A stretch of DNA of 64,000 nt from a virus. This document shows, piece by piece, positions 1 through 10,669 of the stretch (the first letter of the stretch is position 1; the number at the start of each line of letters is the position of its first letter). The notes below the pieces were generated by a model. The model ran no database searches. It saw only the letters and a list, made by a program, of their open reading frames with translations, and was not told the origin of the DNA. The stretch covers positions 1 to 64,000 of IMG/VR virus record IMGVR_UViG_3300045996_001561; one strand, written 5' to 3'. A program made the translations under genes and the position numbers.

Positions 1-1560
1 CAGGAGGTTTCGTCTGAGGGAGAACGGCACCCACAGCGACCCCCAAGGGTGCGTCTCGGTTAAGGGAGCGGTACCGTCCGGGGGAGTGGTTGGGAAGTAG
101 TCGACCGCGCTGATGAACCGATAGCTCCCCGACTCCTTGCGGTACAGGCGAAGGATGTAGCGTCGAAGATAGTCGTTATATCCCTCGGCACGATCCGGGT
201 CGCTGATGGTGAAGGTGAATTCGGGCGTGATGTCGGTGAGGACGACGTCATCCCGGGGGGTCATATCGGAGACAACCGGAGGGCGGTTTTCCTCGACGAC
301 CGCATACCAGTCGGGTACGACACCCGTAGCCTGCTCTGTGGCGGTGCTGAAGGTGAGGGGCATCTCCATATCCGTCTTGGCCCTGCTCCACCAGCGCGCC
401 CCACTCTCCTGTTGGTGGGACGTTCGCAGGGCAGGGTCGCTGACGTTGACGATATGGATGTCATCCTCCGGACGGATCAGCACAGCCAATCGTGACTTGC
501 CGTGCGCGGTTTCCACGCTGGCGATCGGCGGCTCGACATTCACCCCGCCCGGGATGTCGGCGCTCCACGTCACCGGGATCGGAAACACGCCCGTTACCCC
601 GCGCAGCGCGGTGGGAACGGTGCCATCGCTGTCATAGATGGCCCACAGGAGGGCAGGAGCGGTTGCCAGCGGGGGGTTGGTCTTATAGGGGTGCGCCGTG
701 GGCAGGTTGGCGGTCAGACCCCACTTGTGGGCCAGATAGCCCTCCACGCGCTCCCGCTCGTCGTCGGTAAGCTCGGGCTGGGTGATAAGCACTTCGGCCA
801 GCAACCCATCATGCTGATACCCTCCCCCACCAGCCCCGCCGAGATACGTGGTACGCCCTGCGGTGAACGTTGCCGCATGCGTGCCGCTCGTCCACAATCC
901 GTTGATGCCCAGCATCCACCGCGTTGTCTCGGTCTTGACCCCCACAAGGGCCGGGGTGCTATACGGTGCGGTGATTCCGGCTGCGGTGGTATCGCCTATT
1001 GCCGCAGCGAAGTGCGCGTTGACACCGATGGGCCAGGGGTTCCCCGGGAGACCATTGAACGCCCTCCCGCCAGTAGCGGACGGCCCAACAAACCCCGCGC
1101 CATCTGCGTTGTTGTCCCGCCGCACGACGGCGAGAATGCTCTCTCCGAGAACCGAGGCGGATATCCCAGCAGCCCCCAACCAATCACTGCTGACAAAATC
1201 GACCGCTGGCAGTCCGTTGATCTGGTTCGTGCGGTAGATCGGTCGGTTTCCGGATGTACTTTGTGTGGCGGTGTTGCGCTTCCCCGAGGAATCGACCCAG
1301 CTTGATAGTGTCGCGCTGTTGGCAACCCCGGTGATCGCATCGGCCTTGAACCAGCCAATCAGCTTCTCCCCGAGGTACTGCGGTGTCCACGCATTGAGGG
1401 GGGTTGGACTATCGACCCCAACCCACCCTCCGACCGCCACGATGCGCCCCGGTGGCCCCGTGTAGAGGATGCGGTCGGTGGCACGCATCACATCATTGGG
1501 GAGCAGGGTGTTGCGACCCGCGTACGTCTCGCGCTTGCGTCCAATGATGGTGCGGGCCAT
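1..1560 (-). CDS. Minor tail protein with LamG/ConA-like domain (partial, runs off left edge; not in ORF track)
   Basis: ATG at 1560 overlaps the tape-measure stop (TAATG). Translation reads MARTIIGRKRETY...WTPQYLGEKLIGWFKADAITGVANSATLSSWVDSSG..., like phage LamG-type tail domains. Segments checked at both ends are open; it lies directly after the TMP. Confidence 0.65.
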   Translation of the reverse strand, partial: MARTIIGRKRETYAGRNTLLPNDVMRATDRILYTGPPGRIVAVGGWVGVDSPTPLNAWTPQYLGEKLIGWFKADAITGVANSATLSSWVDSSGKRNTATQSTSGNRPIYRTNQINGLPAVDFVSSDWLGAAGISASVLGESILAVVRRDNNADGAGFVGPSATGGRAFNGLPGNPWPIGVNAHFAAAIGDTTAAGITAPYSTPALVGVKTETTRWMLGINGLWTSGTHAATFTAGRTTYLGGAGGGGYQHDGLLAEVLITQPELTDDERERVEGYLAHKWGLTANLPTAHPYKTNPPLATAPALLWAIYDSDGTVPTALRGVTGVFPIPVTWSADIPGGVNVEPPIASVETAHGKSRLAVLIRPEDDIHIVNVSDPALRTSHQQESGARWWSRAKTDMEMPLTFSTATEQATGVVPDWYAVVEENRPPVVSDMTPRDDVVLTDITPEFTFTISDPDRAEGYNDYLRRYILRLYRKESGSYRFISAVDYFPTTPPDGTAPLTETHPWGSLWVPFSLRRNLL

Positions 1561-4500
1561 TAGCGTCCCACCGTGCGGTACTGCCCCTGGTTCTTGCGAA
1601 GGGCGTTGACGAGGTCGATCGCCTGCCGGTGTCCCGGCTCACCCTCCTTGATCTCGATTCCGGCAATCGTAATGTTCGTCCCGCCGCTCACCGTGGTGCC
1701 CTCCGACCGGGTGACCTGGGCGCTGGTACGATCCGCGATATCGGTCAACGCGGACTTCGGGAGGCTAGACAGCGTCACCATGCGCTCGATGCTGGTCAGC
1801 GTACCCGCAACCCGGCTCGTATAGCGATCCAGATTGAGGTCGAGGATCCGGCTGGCCTGTCCCACCCCGGTTCCCCGGAACACGTCGATCATCTCTCGGG
1901 TGGACGATGAGACGGCACGGTTCAGGGTTGGCGTCAGGTTCTCCACCCCCATTGCGGCACCCCGCATCCAGTCGGCCCCGATGTCCATGAACACCAGCGA
2001 GGGGGACTTCGACTTCGACTCGTCCTTTGCGGCGTCGACCCCCTCCTGCACCGCCTTTTCCACGGCCGACCGGATTTCGGGGATAGTGGAGGTCACGCCT
2101 GCCGCGATTCCCTGACCGATCGACTCACCGACCGACTGGCCCTGCGACTTGCCGCTCACCGTCCCGGCCGCGTTTGCCACATCCCGGGCCTTGCCGATGA
2201 CCGACTCGCGCGCCCCCGCGATCCCTGTCCCCATCGCGTTGGAGAACCCGGTTCCGGCATTGCCGAAGCTGCGCTCCACATCCTTCTTGCGGATATCGAG
2301 GCCGTTCATCAGCGAGTTGGAAATATCCTGCCCCGCGTTCTGGGCCACGTTGGTCGCATCCTTCAGACCGCTGTTGATCCCTTCGGGGATACAGGACTCG
2401 GTCAGATCGTTTGCGGTGCTGTTGACCGGCGCACAGGCCGAATCGATGCCACTGGTCAGGGAGCTTCCGATCGACTCCCCGGCCTGATTCGCGGCATTCC
2501 CCGTCGCCCCCACGCCCTGATCGATCCCGGTTCCAACCTCCTTGACCAGATCCGTCCCGCTCTGGGTCGGATTCGACTGGTCGACCCCTGCGGCGAAGGA
2601 TGACCCCACCTGGGTTCCGGCCTGCTGGAAGTTGGGCATCATCGACATGACCGCGTTGCGGATGCCATCCCCGTAGCTCTTGACCATTGTCGTCGCGGCT
2701 GTGGGATCAATCCCTGACGCGAACCCATCGCCAAAGGTTCCCGCGATCAGCTCCCCGATCTGCTGCGAGAAGCTGCTCTGGGAATTCGCTGCGTCGGTCA
2801 TGCCGGTCACGGCCGAGTCGACGAGTCCCGCGCCCGCTTCCGTCGCGGCCGGTGCTGCCGTGGAGAGTCCGGTGCCAATCGACTCTCCAACATTCCCGGC
2901 GCTCTCCTGCACCGAGGGAATCGTGCTATCGAGACCCGTCCCCAGCGCCTGCCCGGTATCGGTGCCCATTGCCTCGGCCATCTCGGGCAAGCGGGAGAGG
3001 TTGGCGTTCAGGCCCGTTGCGGCGGCATCGCCCACACCTGTCGCCGCCTCGGTTGCGGCCGGGATGGCTTCCTTGATCCCCGACCCGATCTTCGATGCCA
3101 GATCCTTGGAGAGATCCTTCATCACCGCCCGCATGGCCTCCTTGGAGTCTTTGAAGGTCTGCTCCAGGCTCTTGACCAGATCCTTGGCACTCTCCAGGGC
3201 AGGCTCCCGTGCGGCGTCGATGTTGTCTGCGACCGTGTTCAGATCCTGCTCAAGGGTATGGAGGCCCGGGATATCGCCCGCCCGCTCGGCAATGCCACGA
3301 AGCTCGTTCACGTCGGCCTTCATCGCCTGCAGGTCGCCTACGATGGACTTCGCGCCCTTGATATCCTCGCGCTGGACGGTGGGGATATTGTCGAGGGCTT
3401 GTCGAATCTGATCGCGCAGACCCTTGATGACGTTCTCCCCGGCCCCGGCTGTGGCTCCCGAGGCCGATCCAAGTCCGGAGGCCAAGCCCTCTCCGACTGC
3501 GGCTCCCGCCTCGCGGCCCCGGTTCCGCATGTCATCTTCAAGCTGGCCCAGCTTCTCTTTGACCGAGGTCATCAGGTCGTCGAGACCGCTGCGGGCCTCG
3601 TCGGCATTGCCGCTAATGGATCCCGAGATATCGGAGAGGCTCGATTGCAGGGTGTTGAGTCCCGGGATCTCCCCGACACGGAGGGCGATATTGTCAAGCT
3701 CTCGCGTCGAGCTTTGGATCTCCTTGATGCCCTCCTTGACGCCCTTCCCGAGGTCGAGTCCCGCCTTCATGGCGCGCGAGATCATGCGCTCGATGCCGAT
3801 GGCGAATCCTTCTCCCACCATCTCGCCTTGATGGATCGCAACCTTGGAGGGAGAGCTAATCTGCTGGACGAGGTTGATGGCCCCCTGCGCGGCGGCAGCG
3901 AGTGCCCCGGCAGCGGCCTCAACCGCGCCAATGGCTGACGAGATGCCGTCCGCAAACGCCTGCCCGACATTCGCCCCGGCCGAGAACGCGCCCCCTGCCG
4001 CACCCTCTAGGATGCCCTGCATGTTCGTGACGCCGCCCTGCACGGCAGACACGGCTGCGTCCATCCCGCTCTGTACGGCCGACGAGAAGGCTTGCATGTT
4101 CGACGCCGCCGTGTTCGCCATCGACGACATCGCGTTCTGCGTCGACGTGATCATCGAGTTGGTCATCGACGTGACGACCTGCCCGATCTGGGAGAACCCG
4201 GAACTGACTGCCTGCGTGAGCGCCGCCATGTTGGAGGACGCGGTATTCGCCATCGAACTGAACCCGTTTTGCACGGAGGCAATAGCGGCGTTCATCATCG
4301 ATGTGATGGTGTTGCCCACCCCGGCCATTTGCGTGGACACCGTCTGCGAGAGTCCCTGCATGTTGGCCGACGCGGTGTTTGCCATTGAGCTAAAGGCGTT
4401 TTGGAACGTGCCGATCCATCCGTTCGTGGCGTTCTGGATCTCTGGCCCGACCGCGTTGATCGCCTCGGTGACCGCCCCCGTAATGCCGGTCTGCAGCGCG

Positions 4501-7500
4501 GTGCCAAGGGCCGAGAAGTCCGCACCCTGGATATCGGTGACGATGGAGTTGACGATCGATGCGCCAATCCCCGCGCCGGATGCCGTTCCCGCCTCCCCCC
4601 GCTCACCAGGGCCACCCATGCTGTTGACCGCACCCAGACCGGCCGCGAGGGACTCACTGATCTTGGCGTTGATGGCGATACCCACGGCTGAGAAGTCGGC
4701 CATCTGGATCGCGGACGCCATCGACGTGGCGATCGACTGTCCGATACTGGCCCCGGTGCCGCCCGCTGCCCCCGCTTCCGGAGCCGCTTCGGCACTCAGT
4801 CCGGCCGTCAGCCCCTCATTGATCTTGGCCTGGATCGCCGTGCCAACCTCGGCAAAGTCGGCCCCCCGAATCGATGCGGCCAGCCCACCGGCCACTGCCG
4901 CGCCGATGCCACCCCCTGCCTCGGCGGCTCCCTCGGTGCCTTCACCCGTTCCTTGTCGAGACAACCCCGTAGCAATCGTGGACTGGATCTGGGAGCTAAT
5001 CGCCTCACCGACGAGGGAGAAGTCGGCTCCCTGAATGGAGGTTGCCAGCGTCGTGGCGATCTGGTTGCCAATGCCCGCCCCTGCGGCTGGCCCCATGTCG
5101 CGCGGGCCACCCTCCCCGGCAAATGCCGCCCCCTCGATGCCCTCAAGGATGGCCGTGTTGATTGCCTGACCGATCCCCGTGGCAAACTGGTCGAGGGTGG
5201 CCCCGGCAACGCTCTGCCCCATCGCCGCATCGATGGCCGTTGTCAGCCCGGTGGATTCTTGTGTCGCCGCCTCCCGGGCCTGTTGCTCTGCAGCAGCGAT
5301 AGCCTTGCCCGTTCCCGCTCCGATGGCCGGGGGGATTGGCTCAAAAAGCTCTGCCGCCTTCGCGTTGGGGTCGACACCTGTTGGGAAGGGGTTGATCGCA
5401 TCCCACAGCCCGGAACTCAGGAAATCGGCAATCGGATTTTGCGTGGCTGCCGCCCGCGCCATCTCGGTAACCGTCTCTCCGAGTCCGATCCGCTGACCCT
5501 CGACCACCTGACCGCCAACTTCGGACACCTGCTGCGCGGTCTGGTCGGCAATATTCCCCTGCTGGGCCGCTTGTCCCTCGGCAGACTCCAGCCATCGCTG
5601 ATAGGCTCCAATCGCACCCCCGGGGCCACCCCAGACAGCCTCCGCGATCATCGCCCCTACTTGCTGCCCCCGATCCCCGGGAGACACCCCGGCAACCTCT
5701 GCGGGAAGGATCTCCATCCCCAGCAACCCACTCAGGGTGTTGGCCATCTCCTGGGCAATGTAGGGCGGGAGGGCAGCCGCCGCTTCCTGCATCTCGGCCG
5801 CGAATGCCGTCTTGAAGGCTTCGATGAAGGCGTCGGAGAACCCCTCCAGGGCGCTGGTCAGGTCAAGACCCGTGCCACCACCGAGACCCGCGCCCGTGAC
5901 GAGTTCGGCCATCATGGAATCGCGACTGCCCGCCCCGGCCGCAAACCCCTCTCCGGCTGAGGTGGTGATGGCATCCATGATCGCGTCGTTCAGGGCGCTA
6001 CCGAGTTCCGTCCCCGCCTTGGTGCCAAGCTCTTCACCAACCCGCCGCGCCTCGGCCACAAACGCGGGGGAGGTCACCAAGTCGTTGATCGGTTTCAGGA
6101 TGGCGCTCACGGCCGCGTCCGCATCGGCAAGGTCAATGGTGGATGGCGACCCAAGGTCGATCTCGTACCCGGTGAAATCCTCGATCCGGACGTCGGCTTC
6201 CTCGATCTGCTGACGGAAGAACCCCGCCCAATCGATCGCCTGCGTTCCGCCCCGGAAGGATCCGCCCCCATTGGGGTCGCCACCCATTCCCGGCATCCCC
6301 AGCGACAGACCCCACGCAGTGAAGTTCTCGACCGTAATCCCGGCCGACTCCAGTTGTCCCCGGATCCAATCCTCGACTTGCCCTGCCAGATCGCCAAGGG
6401 TGGCCCACGCGCCCTGCGCCCACGATCCGATGTTGACCGCCACATCTTCCAGCGTCAGGCCAGCACTGGCCGTCCCGGCTTCACCGCGCTCCCCCGGGCC
6501 ACCCATGCTGTTGGCCGACCCGAACCCGAACCATCCCTGGATGGTGCCCCACAGGTCGGCAATCGATCCCTGAATGAAGCCACCGATATTGACGGCGATG
6601 GCCGGAATGTTGATCCCGGTCTGAGCCTCCTGCACGGCGCTGCGGGCCATCGGGAAGCGCGTGGCACCTGTCGGCCCGCCACCCAGACCGAAGAAGGCCA
6701 TGATCGATGACCACAGGTCGGGAATGGTTCCCTGCAGGAACTCCCCGATGTTGACGAGGATCCCGGGTACGTCGATGACCGCTTCCGATGCGCCGGTGCC
6801 TCCAAGACCCGCCTGCGCATCGCCGCCAAACCCGAAGAAGCCCTTGATTGCATTGACGAGATCGGGAACCGCCCCCTTGATGAACTCGCTGATGTTGACC
6901 GCAATCTGCCCGATGTCGATCGTTTGCGCGGTGGCAATAATCTTGTCGATCTCGGTCTTGATATCAGTCCCGAGACTGCGGAACGCCTCCACGACCCCGG
7001 AGAAGTCCCCGGCTGCTACGGCGGATCCGATCTCGCTCAGAAGTTGCCCAACGCGACCAAGTCCCGACCCCACAAGGTTGTTTGCCGAATCCGCCATATC
7101 CTGAATGCGCTGACTGATCCCATCGAGAGCCGCTTCCTGATCGGCCGACAGGATCATATCCAGCGCGGTGTCGACCGCGAAGAGTCCGGCCTCAAAGGGG
7201 TTGAGACCATCGGTCAGGGCGGAATTGAAGGCTCCCACGATGCGGTCGACGGCAACGGCGGTGTCGTTGAGCTTGTTGGCAAGATCCTCAAACCCGAGAG
7301 TGCGGACGGCGGACGCCAGCCCCTGCAGCACCTGGGAGAGGCCCGTTGCCCCATCCATCATGGCGAACCATTGTGCGGTGCTGAAGGCATCTCCGAACCG
7401 CTGCGCCGCATCCGATGCCTCTTTGATCCGCTCCGAGAGGCCATCCCAATTCATCTTGTCGGCAACGACCCCGACCACCTGAAGGGCTGCGGCAAGGGGA

Positions 7501-9539
7501 TTCAGTCCGTTGCGGGTCGCGGACTGCCATGCCCGGTCGGCTGTTTCGATGATGCTGGCAAGATTGATCAATCCAGCACCGATCGTTGTCCAACCGATGC
7601 TGTTGAAGGCCGCTCCCAGCGCATAGACGGTGTTGGTCAACCCACTCATGGCCGAGAGCGCAGGCGTGTTCTGCATCCCGGCAAAGACATCCCCGAACAG
7701 TTGCGCCTTGTCCGCGACATCCCCGAGCGTCTTGGCGAGATCGCTGGGCGCGATGCCGGTGAAGATATCGACGAACTTCGATGCGGCCCGGAGGCCAGCC
7801 ACCAGCGGGGAGATTCCCTTCTTGGTCAAATCGTTAAAGAGCTTGCGGGCCTGATAGAGTCCCTCGGACAGATTGGTAATCAGGAACTTACCGAACGTCT
7901 CCACAGCCGGGATGCCGGACTTGGACAGCCCCACACCCAACCCGTAGACGGCCTCTTCCAGGGCGTTCATATCGCGCCCGGATCGGGATGCCGCCTCAGC
8001 CCCCTTGCGGGCCTCATCACCGACCTCTCCGAGAAGATCCAACACATCTTCGATAGCATCCCGCAGACCGAACCAGTTGTTCTGGTAGGCGATCGCCGCA
8101 ACACCGATCGCCGCCCCGGCAATCGTCGCCGCTGCCGCCACCCGACCAAACAGACCCAGCAGCATCTGCAGGTTGATACCCGCCGCACTGAATCGTGCGA
8201 CCGCCTCCAGTACATACCCGCCCACCAGCAGGAATGCCCCACCGAGGGCCGTCATCCCTCCGGTGAGCAGTCCCGCCGTCGAGACAACCGCCCGGATCGG
8301 TGCTGGGAGGCCGATAAGACGTCCGAGGAAGGTGTTAAGCGACTCGATGGGCTGGCGTAGCGCGGTGTTGAGCGGCATGCCGAATTCTTCAGCGAGGGTA
8401 CCCACGGTGCCCCGCAGGCGCTCGATCGCTCCTGCCGTGGAGTCCATGCGCGCTTCGGCAAAGTCGTGCGCCGCGCCAACGTCGCTGACCGCGTTGATGT
8501 ACTCGTCCCATCCCTTGCCAATGCCGGTCTGCTGTGCCTCCAGCGCCTGCATGCCAAACAGGATGGCGCGGATGGCGTCTGTGCCCAGCACATCGCCCAG
8601 CGGCTCCATGAACTCGGAGAGGGTTTGGCCGGATCGCTTCCAGGCGTCGAAGAACTCCTGCGATGCCCCGGCAAGACCGACGAAGTTCCCCTCGGCATCC
8701 AGAAGCGAGATCCCGAGATCCTCCATCACCCCGACCGCCGTATCCGTGGGCGAGAGCAGCCGGACAAGGGCGCTCTTCATCGAGGTTGCGGCATCCGACC
8801 CCCGGATACCGTTGTCGGCCATCATCGCCATGAAGGCGGCGGTTTCCTCAAAGGTCATATTGGCGGCAGCGGCAATACCCGCCACCTGACCCATGCCGAT
8901 GCCCATTTGGTTGATATCGGAGAGCGAGGTATTTGCGGCCCCGGCGATGCCGTCCGCGACCCGCATCGAATCTTCGCCGGTGATGTTGAACGCGGCCATC
9001 GCCGCCGCCATGACCTGTGCGGCCTTGGGAACGTCGGTGCCACCGGCTGCCGCAAGATCCGTTGCGGCCTGCGCCGCGCCCCCAACGACATCCTCAAAGC
9101 TGATACCGGCGCGACCAAGCTCTTCAATGCCGGTGGCGACCTGCTGCCCGGTGAAGATCGTGTCCCGTCCAAGCTGCTGGGACACGTCGCTGACCGTTTT
9201 CATCTGATCTTCGGTTAACCCCATGACGGCGTTAACCCCGGCTAAGGTGGACTCGTAATCCATAGCCGACTTGACGCCCAGCGCGAACGGCGCGGTAATC
9301 GCCGTCCCCAAGCCAACGCCAACACGCCCAAGGTGCTGCATTCCTTGAGCGAGGCCGACCACGCTTTGATTGAAATTGCCGATTTCCTGCCCGACCGTCG
9401 CCTGGGTGCCAAGACGATCGAGCGCCTGCCCGACCTGCTGGATCGAGCTAATCGCCTGACCGGCGTCAACGGTAATTCGACCTTCGGCTGTCCCTAAGCT
9501 GGCACCGGCCATACCCGAACTCCCGTTGACACCTGCCAA
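1560..9539 (-). CDS. Tail tape measure protein (TP901-like N-terminal region), 2659 aa
   Basis: Very long Ala/Gly-rich helical protein. N-terminal TMP signature (DYESTLAGVNAV...ELGRAG...GIRGSDAATSMKSALVRL) and C-terminal SPSKV/SPSLVF motifs. Follows tail tube and chaperones. Confidence 0.93.
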   Translation of the reverse strand: MAGVNGSSGMAGASLGTAEGRITVDAGQAISSIQQVGQALDRLGTQATVGQEIGNFNQSVVGLAQGMQHLGRVGVGLGTAITAPFALGVKSAMDYESTLAGVNAVMGLTEDQMKTVSDVSQQLGRDTIFTGQQVATGIEELGRAGISFEDVVGGAAQAATDLAAAGGTDVPKAAQVMAAAMAAFNITGEDSMRVADGIAGAANTSLSDINQMGIGMGQVAGIAAAANMTFEETAAFMAMMADNGIRGSDAATSMKSALVRLLSPTDTAVGVMEDLGISLLDAEGNFVGLAGASQEFFDAWKRSGQTLSEFMEPLGDVLGTDAIRAILFGMQALEAQQTGIGKGWDEYINAVSDVGAAHDFAEARMDSTAGAIERLRGTVGTLAEEFGMPLNTALRQPIESLNTFLGRLIGLPAPIRAVVSTAGLLTGGMTALGGAFLLVGGYVLEAVARFSAAGINLQMLLGLFGRVAAAATIAGAAIGVAAIAYQNNWFGLRDAIEDVLDLLGEVGDEARKGAEAASRSGRDMNALEEAVYGLGVGLSKSGIPAVETFGKFLITNLSEGLYQARKLFNDLTKKGISPLVAGLRAASKFVDIFTGIAPSDLAKTLGDVADKAQLFGDVFAGMQNTPALSAMSGLTNTVYALGAAFNSIGWTTIGAGLINLASIIETADRAWQSATRNGLNPLAAALQVVGVVADKMNWDGLSERIKEASDAAQRFGDAFSTAQWFAMMDGATGLSQVLQGLASAVRTLGFEDLANKLNDTAVAVDRIVGAFNSALTDGLNPFEAGLFAVDTALDMILSADQEAALDGISQRIQDMADSANNLVGSGLGRVGQLLSEIGSAVAAGDFSGVVEAFRSLGTDIKTEIDKIIATAQTIDIGQIAVNISEFIKGAVPDLVNAIKGFFGFGGDAQAGLGGTGASEAVIDVPGILVNIGEFLQGTIPDLWSSIMAFFGLGGGPTGATRFPMARSAVQEAQTGINIPAIAVNIGGFIQGSIADLWGTIQGWFGFGSANSMGGPGERGEAGTASAGLTLEDVAVNIGSWAQGAWATLGDLAGQVEDWIRGQLESAGITVENFTAWGLSLGMPGMGGDPNGGGSFRGGTQAIDWAGFFRQQIEEADVRIEDFTGYEIDLGSPSTIDLADADAAVSAILKPINDLVTSPAFVAEARRVGEELGTKAGTELGSALNDAIMDAITTSAGEGFAAGAGSRDSMMAELVTGAGLGGGTGLDLTSALEGFSDAFIEAFKTAFAAEMQEAAAALPPYIAQEMANTLSGLLGMEILPAEVAGVSPGDRGQQVGAMIAEAVWGGPGGAIGAYQRWLESAEGQAAQQGNIADQTAQQVSEVGGQVVEGQRIGLGETVTEMARAAATQNPIADFLSSGLWDAINPFPTGVDPNAKAAELFEPIPPAIGAGTGKAIAAAEQQAREAATQESTGLTTAIDAAMGQSVAGATLDQFATGIGQAINTAILEGIEGAAFAGEGGPRDMGPAAGAGIGNQIATTLATSIQGADFSLVGEAISSQIQSTIATGLSRQGTGEGTEGAAEAGGGIGAAVAGGLAASIRGADFAEVGTAIQAKINEGLTAGLSAEAAPEAGAAGGTGASIGQSIATSMASAIQMADFSAVGIAINAKISESLAAGLGAVNSMGGPGERGEAGTASGAGIGASIVNSIVTDIQGADFSALGTALQTGITGAVTEAINAVGPEIQNATNGWIGTFQNAFSSMANTASANMQGLSQTVSTQMAGVGNTITSMMNAAIASVQNGFSSMANTASSNMAALTQAVSSGFSQIGQVVTSMTNSMITSTQNAMSSMANTAASNMQAFSSAVQSGMDAAVSAVQGGVTNMQGILEGAAGGAFSAGANVGQAFADGISSAIGAVEAAAGALAAAAQGAINLVQQISSPSKVAIHQGEMVGEGFAIGIERMISRAMKAGLDLGKGVKEGIKEIQSSTRELDNIALRVGEIPGLNTLQSSLSDISGSISGNADEARSGLDDLMTSVKEKLGQLEDDMRNRGREAGAAVGEGLASGLGSASGATAGAGENVIKGLRDQIRQALDNIPTVQREDIKGAKSIVGDLQAMKADVNELRGIAERAGDIPGLHTLEQDLNTVADNIDAAREPALESAKDLVKSLEQTFKDSKEAMRAVMKDLSKDLASKIGSGIKEAIPAATEAATGVGDAAATGLNANLSRLPEMAEAMGTDTGQALGTGLDSTIPSVQESAGNVGESIGTGLSTAAPAATEAGAGLVDSAVTGMTDAANSQSSFSQQIGELIAGTFGDGFASGIDPTAATTMVKSYGDGIRNAVMSMMPNFQQAGTQVGSSFAAGVDQSNPTQSGTDLVKEVGTGIDQGVGATGNAANQAGESIGSSLTSGIDSACAPVNSTANDLTESCIPEGINSGLKDATNVAQNAGQDISNSLMNGLDIRKKDVERSFGNAGTGFSNAMGTGIAGARESVIGKARDVANAAGTVSGKSQGQSVGESIGQGIAAGVTSTIPEIRSAVEKAVQEGVDAAKDESKSKSPSLVFMDIGADWMRGAAMGVENLTPTLNRAVSSSTREMIDVFRGTGVGQASRILDLNLDRYTSRVAGTLTSIERMVTLSSLPKSALTDIADRTSAQVTRSEGTTVSGGTNITIAGIEIKEGEPGHRQAIDLVNALRKNQGQYRTVGR

Positions 9540-9542
9540 ACG

Positions 9543-9995
9543 CTACAACGCTGCATCCTCCTGTGGCGCTGCCTGAGCCGCCAGCCAGTCAGCAATGTCG
9601 GGAGGCGGAAGCCCCTTCTTCTTCGCCTCAAAGACGGCATTGCGGTAGTCCAGGGATACGTCCCGAAGCTCCGCTCCGCTATGCCATCCCCCACGTCGGG
9701 CTTCTTCGACGATCCCCAGCGCCTCGCCCAAGGTCTTGTGGGCCGCTTCCCACTTGTGCTTGCCAACCTTCTTCCGGTGCTGGATGCGCCCCTCGACCCA
9801 CAGGCCGAATTGGGCGATTCCCTTGTCGACCTCGGCACAGACCGAATCCGAGAAGATCCGATTCAGCCCAAGATACTGTGTCGGTGTTCCCGCTCCCGCG
9901 TATCGATGGCAGAGGCAATCGATCTCGTAGAGCAGGAGACGGTCACTCAGAAAATCGCTCCAACCGGCGTGCGGCCAGTTGGTCATCTCCTTCAC
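9543..9995 (-). CDS. Tail assembly chaperone, downstream (gpT-like) ORF
   Basis: Lies between the upstream chaperone and the TMP and overlaps the upstream ORF end by about 50 nt in another frame. Confidence 0.55.
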   Translation of the reverse strand: MKEMTNWPHAGWSDFLSDRLLLYEIDCLCHRYAGAGTPTQYLGLNRIFSDSVCAEVDKGIAQFGLWVEGRIQHRKKVGKHKWEAAHKTLGEALGIVEEARRGGWHSGAELRDVSLDYRNAVFEAKKKGLPPPDIADWLAAQAAPQEDAAL

Positions 9996-10584
9996 AGATC
10001 CGGCTGAACTCGGTCAAATCGTGAAGCGCGATGCTCCCGACCCAGGCTTCCTTCTCCGGATCCTTCACGTCCTCTTTCCGCATGACCAGCCGTGGCTCGA
10101 TGAACCCGGCCACCCCATAGGCATAGCCGACTTCACGCAACCGGGTCAGCGACTGCTCCATGCGGAGCCGAGAGCCGCCCCTGTTGGCGTTTCCGCGCTG
10201 ATTGCCTGACCCGGCGAAGAAGAGGCGCTGCACGATATCGCGCACTTCCACCGGGACGGAATTGATCAGCGATCGGTCGGTCAGGTTGATGATGCGAACC
10301 CGGGCAAAGAGGGAACCCGGCTCTCCGACGTTGATGCTCGTCTGATGGAGGGCAAACCGGAACTCGGGGAATTCCTCCCCATGCTCGTCGGCCCACTTGT
10401 TGAGCATCGCGGCGGTGACTTGCTTGGGCGCGGCCGACTCGTAGTCGACGTCGTCGGCGGTGTCGATGATATCGATCCCGGCAAACTCGTCAGGGGGTGG
10501 CAGGAGTTTGGATTTCCCTGCTGTGAAATCGACCTCAGCCGTCTTTGGTTCCTGCGCGACGTCTTCTGCAACTGCGTCTACCAC
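9943..10584 (-). CDS. Tail assembly chaperone (gpG-like)
   Basis: Position directly after the tail tube gene; AAGGAG SD upstream. Confidence 0.6.
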   Translation of the reverse strand: MVDAVAEDVAQEPKTAEVDFTAGKSKLLPPPDEFAGIDIIDTADDVDYESAAPKQVTAAMLNKWADEHGEEFPEFRFALHQTSINVGEPGSLFARVRIINLTDRSLINSVPVEVRDIVQRLFFAGSGNQRGNANRGGSRLRMEQSLTRLREVGYAYGVAGFIEPRLVMRKEDVKDPEKEAWVGSIALHDLTEFSRICEGDDQLAARRLERFSE

Positions 10585-10620
10585 GATGCGCTCCTTCAGG
10601 GGCTTATCCCCCGATATGCG

Positions 10621-10658
10621 CTCAGGTACGGGGCCGACCTGACCCCGTACCGTTTGAG
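10621..10658 (-). terminator. Stem-loop after major tail gene
   Basis: GGTACGGGG...CCCCGTACC inverted repeat in the intergenic gap; no U-tract. Confidence 0.5.
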
Positions 10659-10669
10659 CCTCAGTCAGC

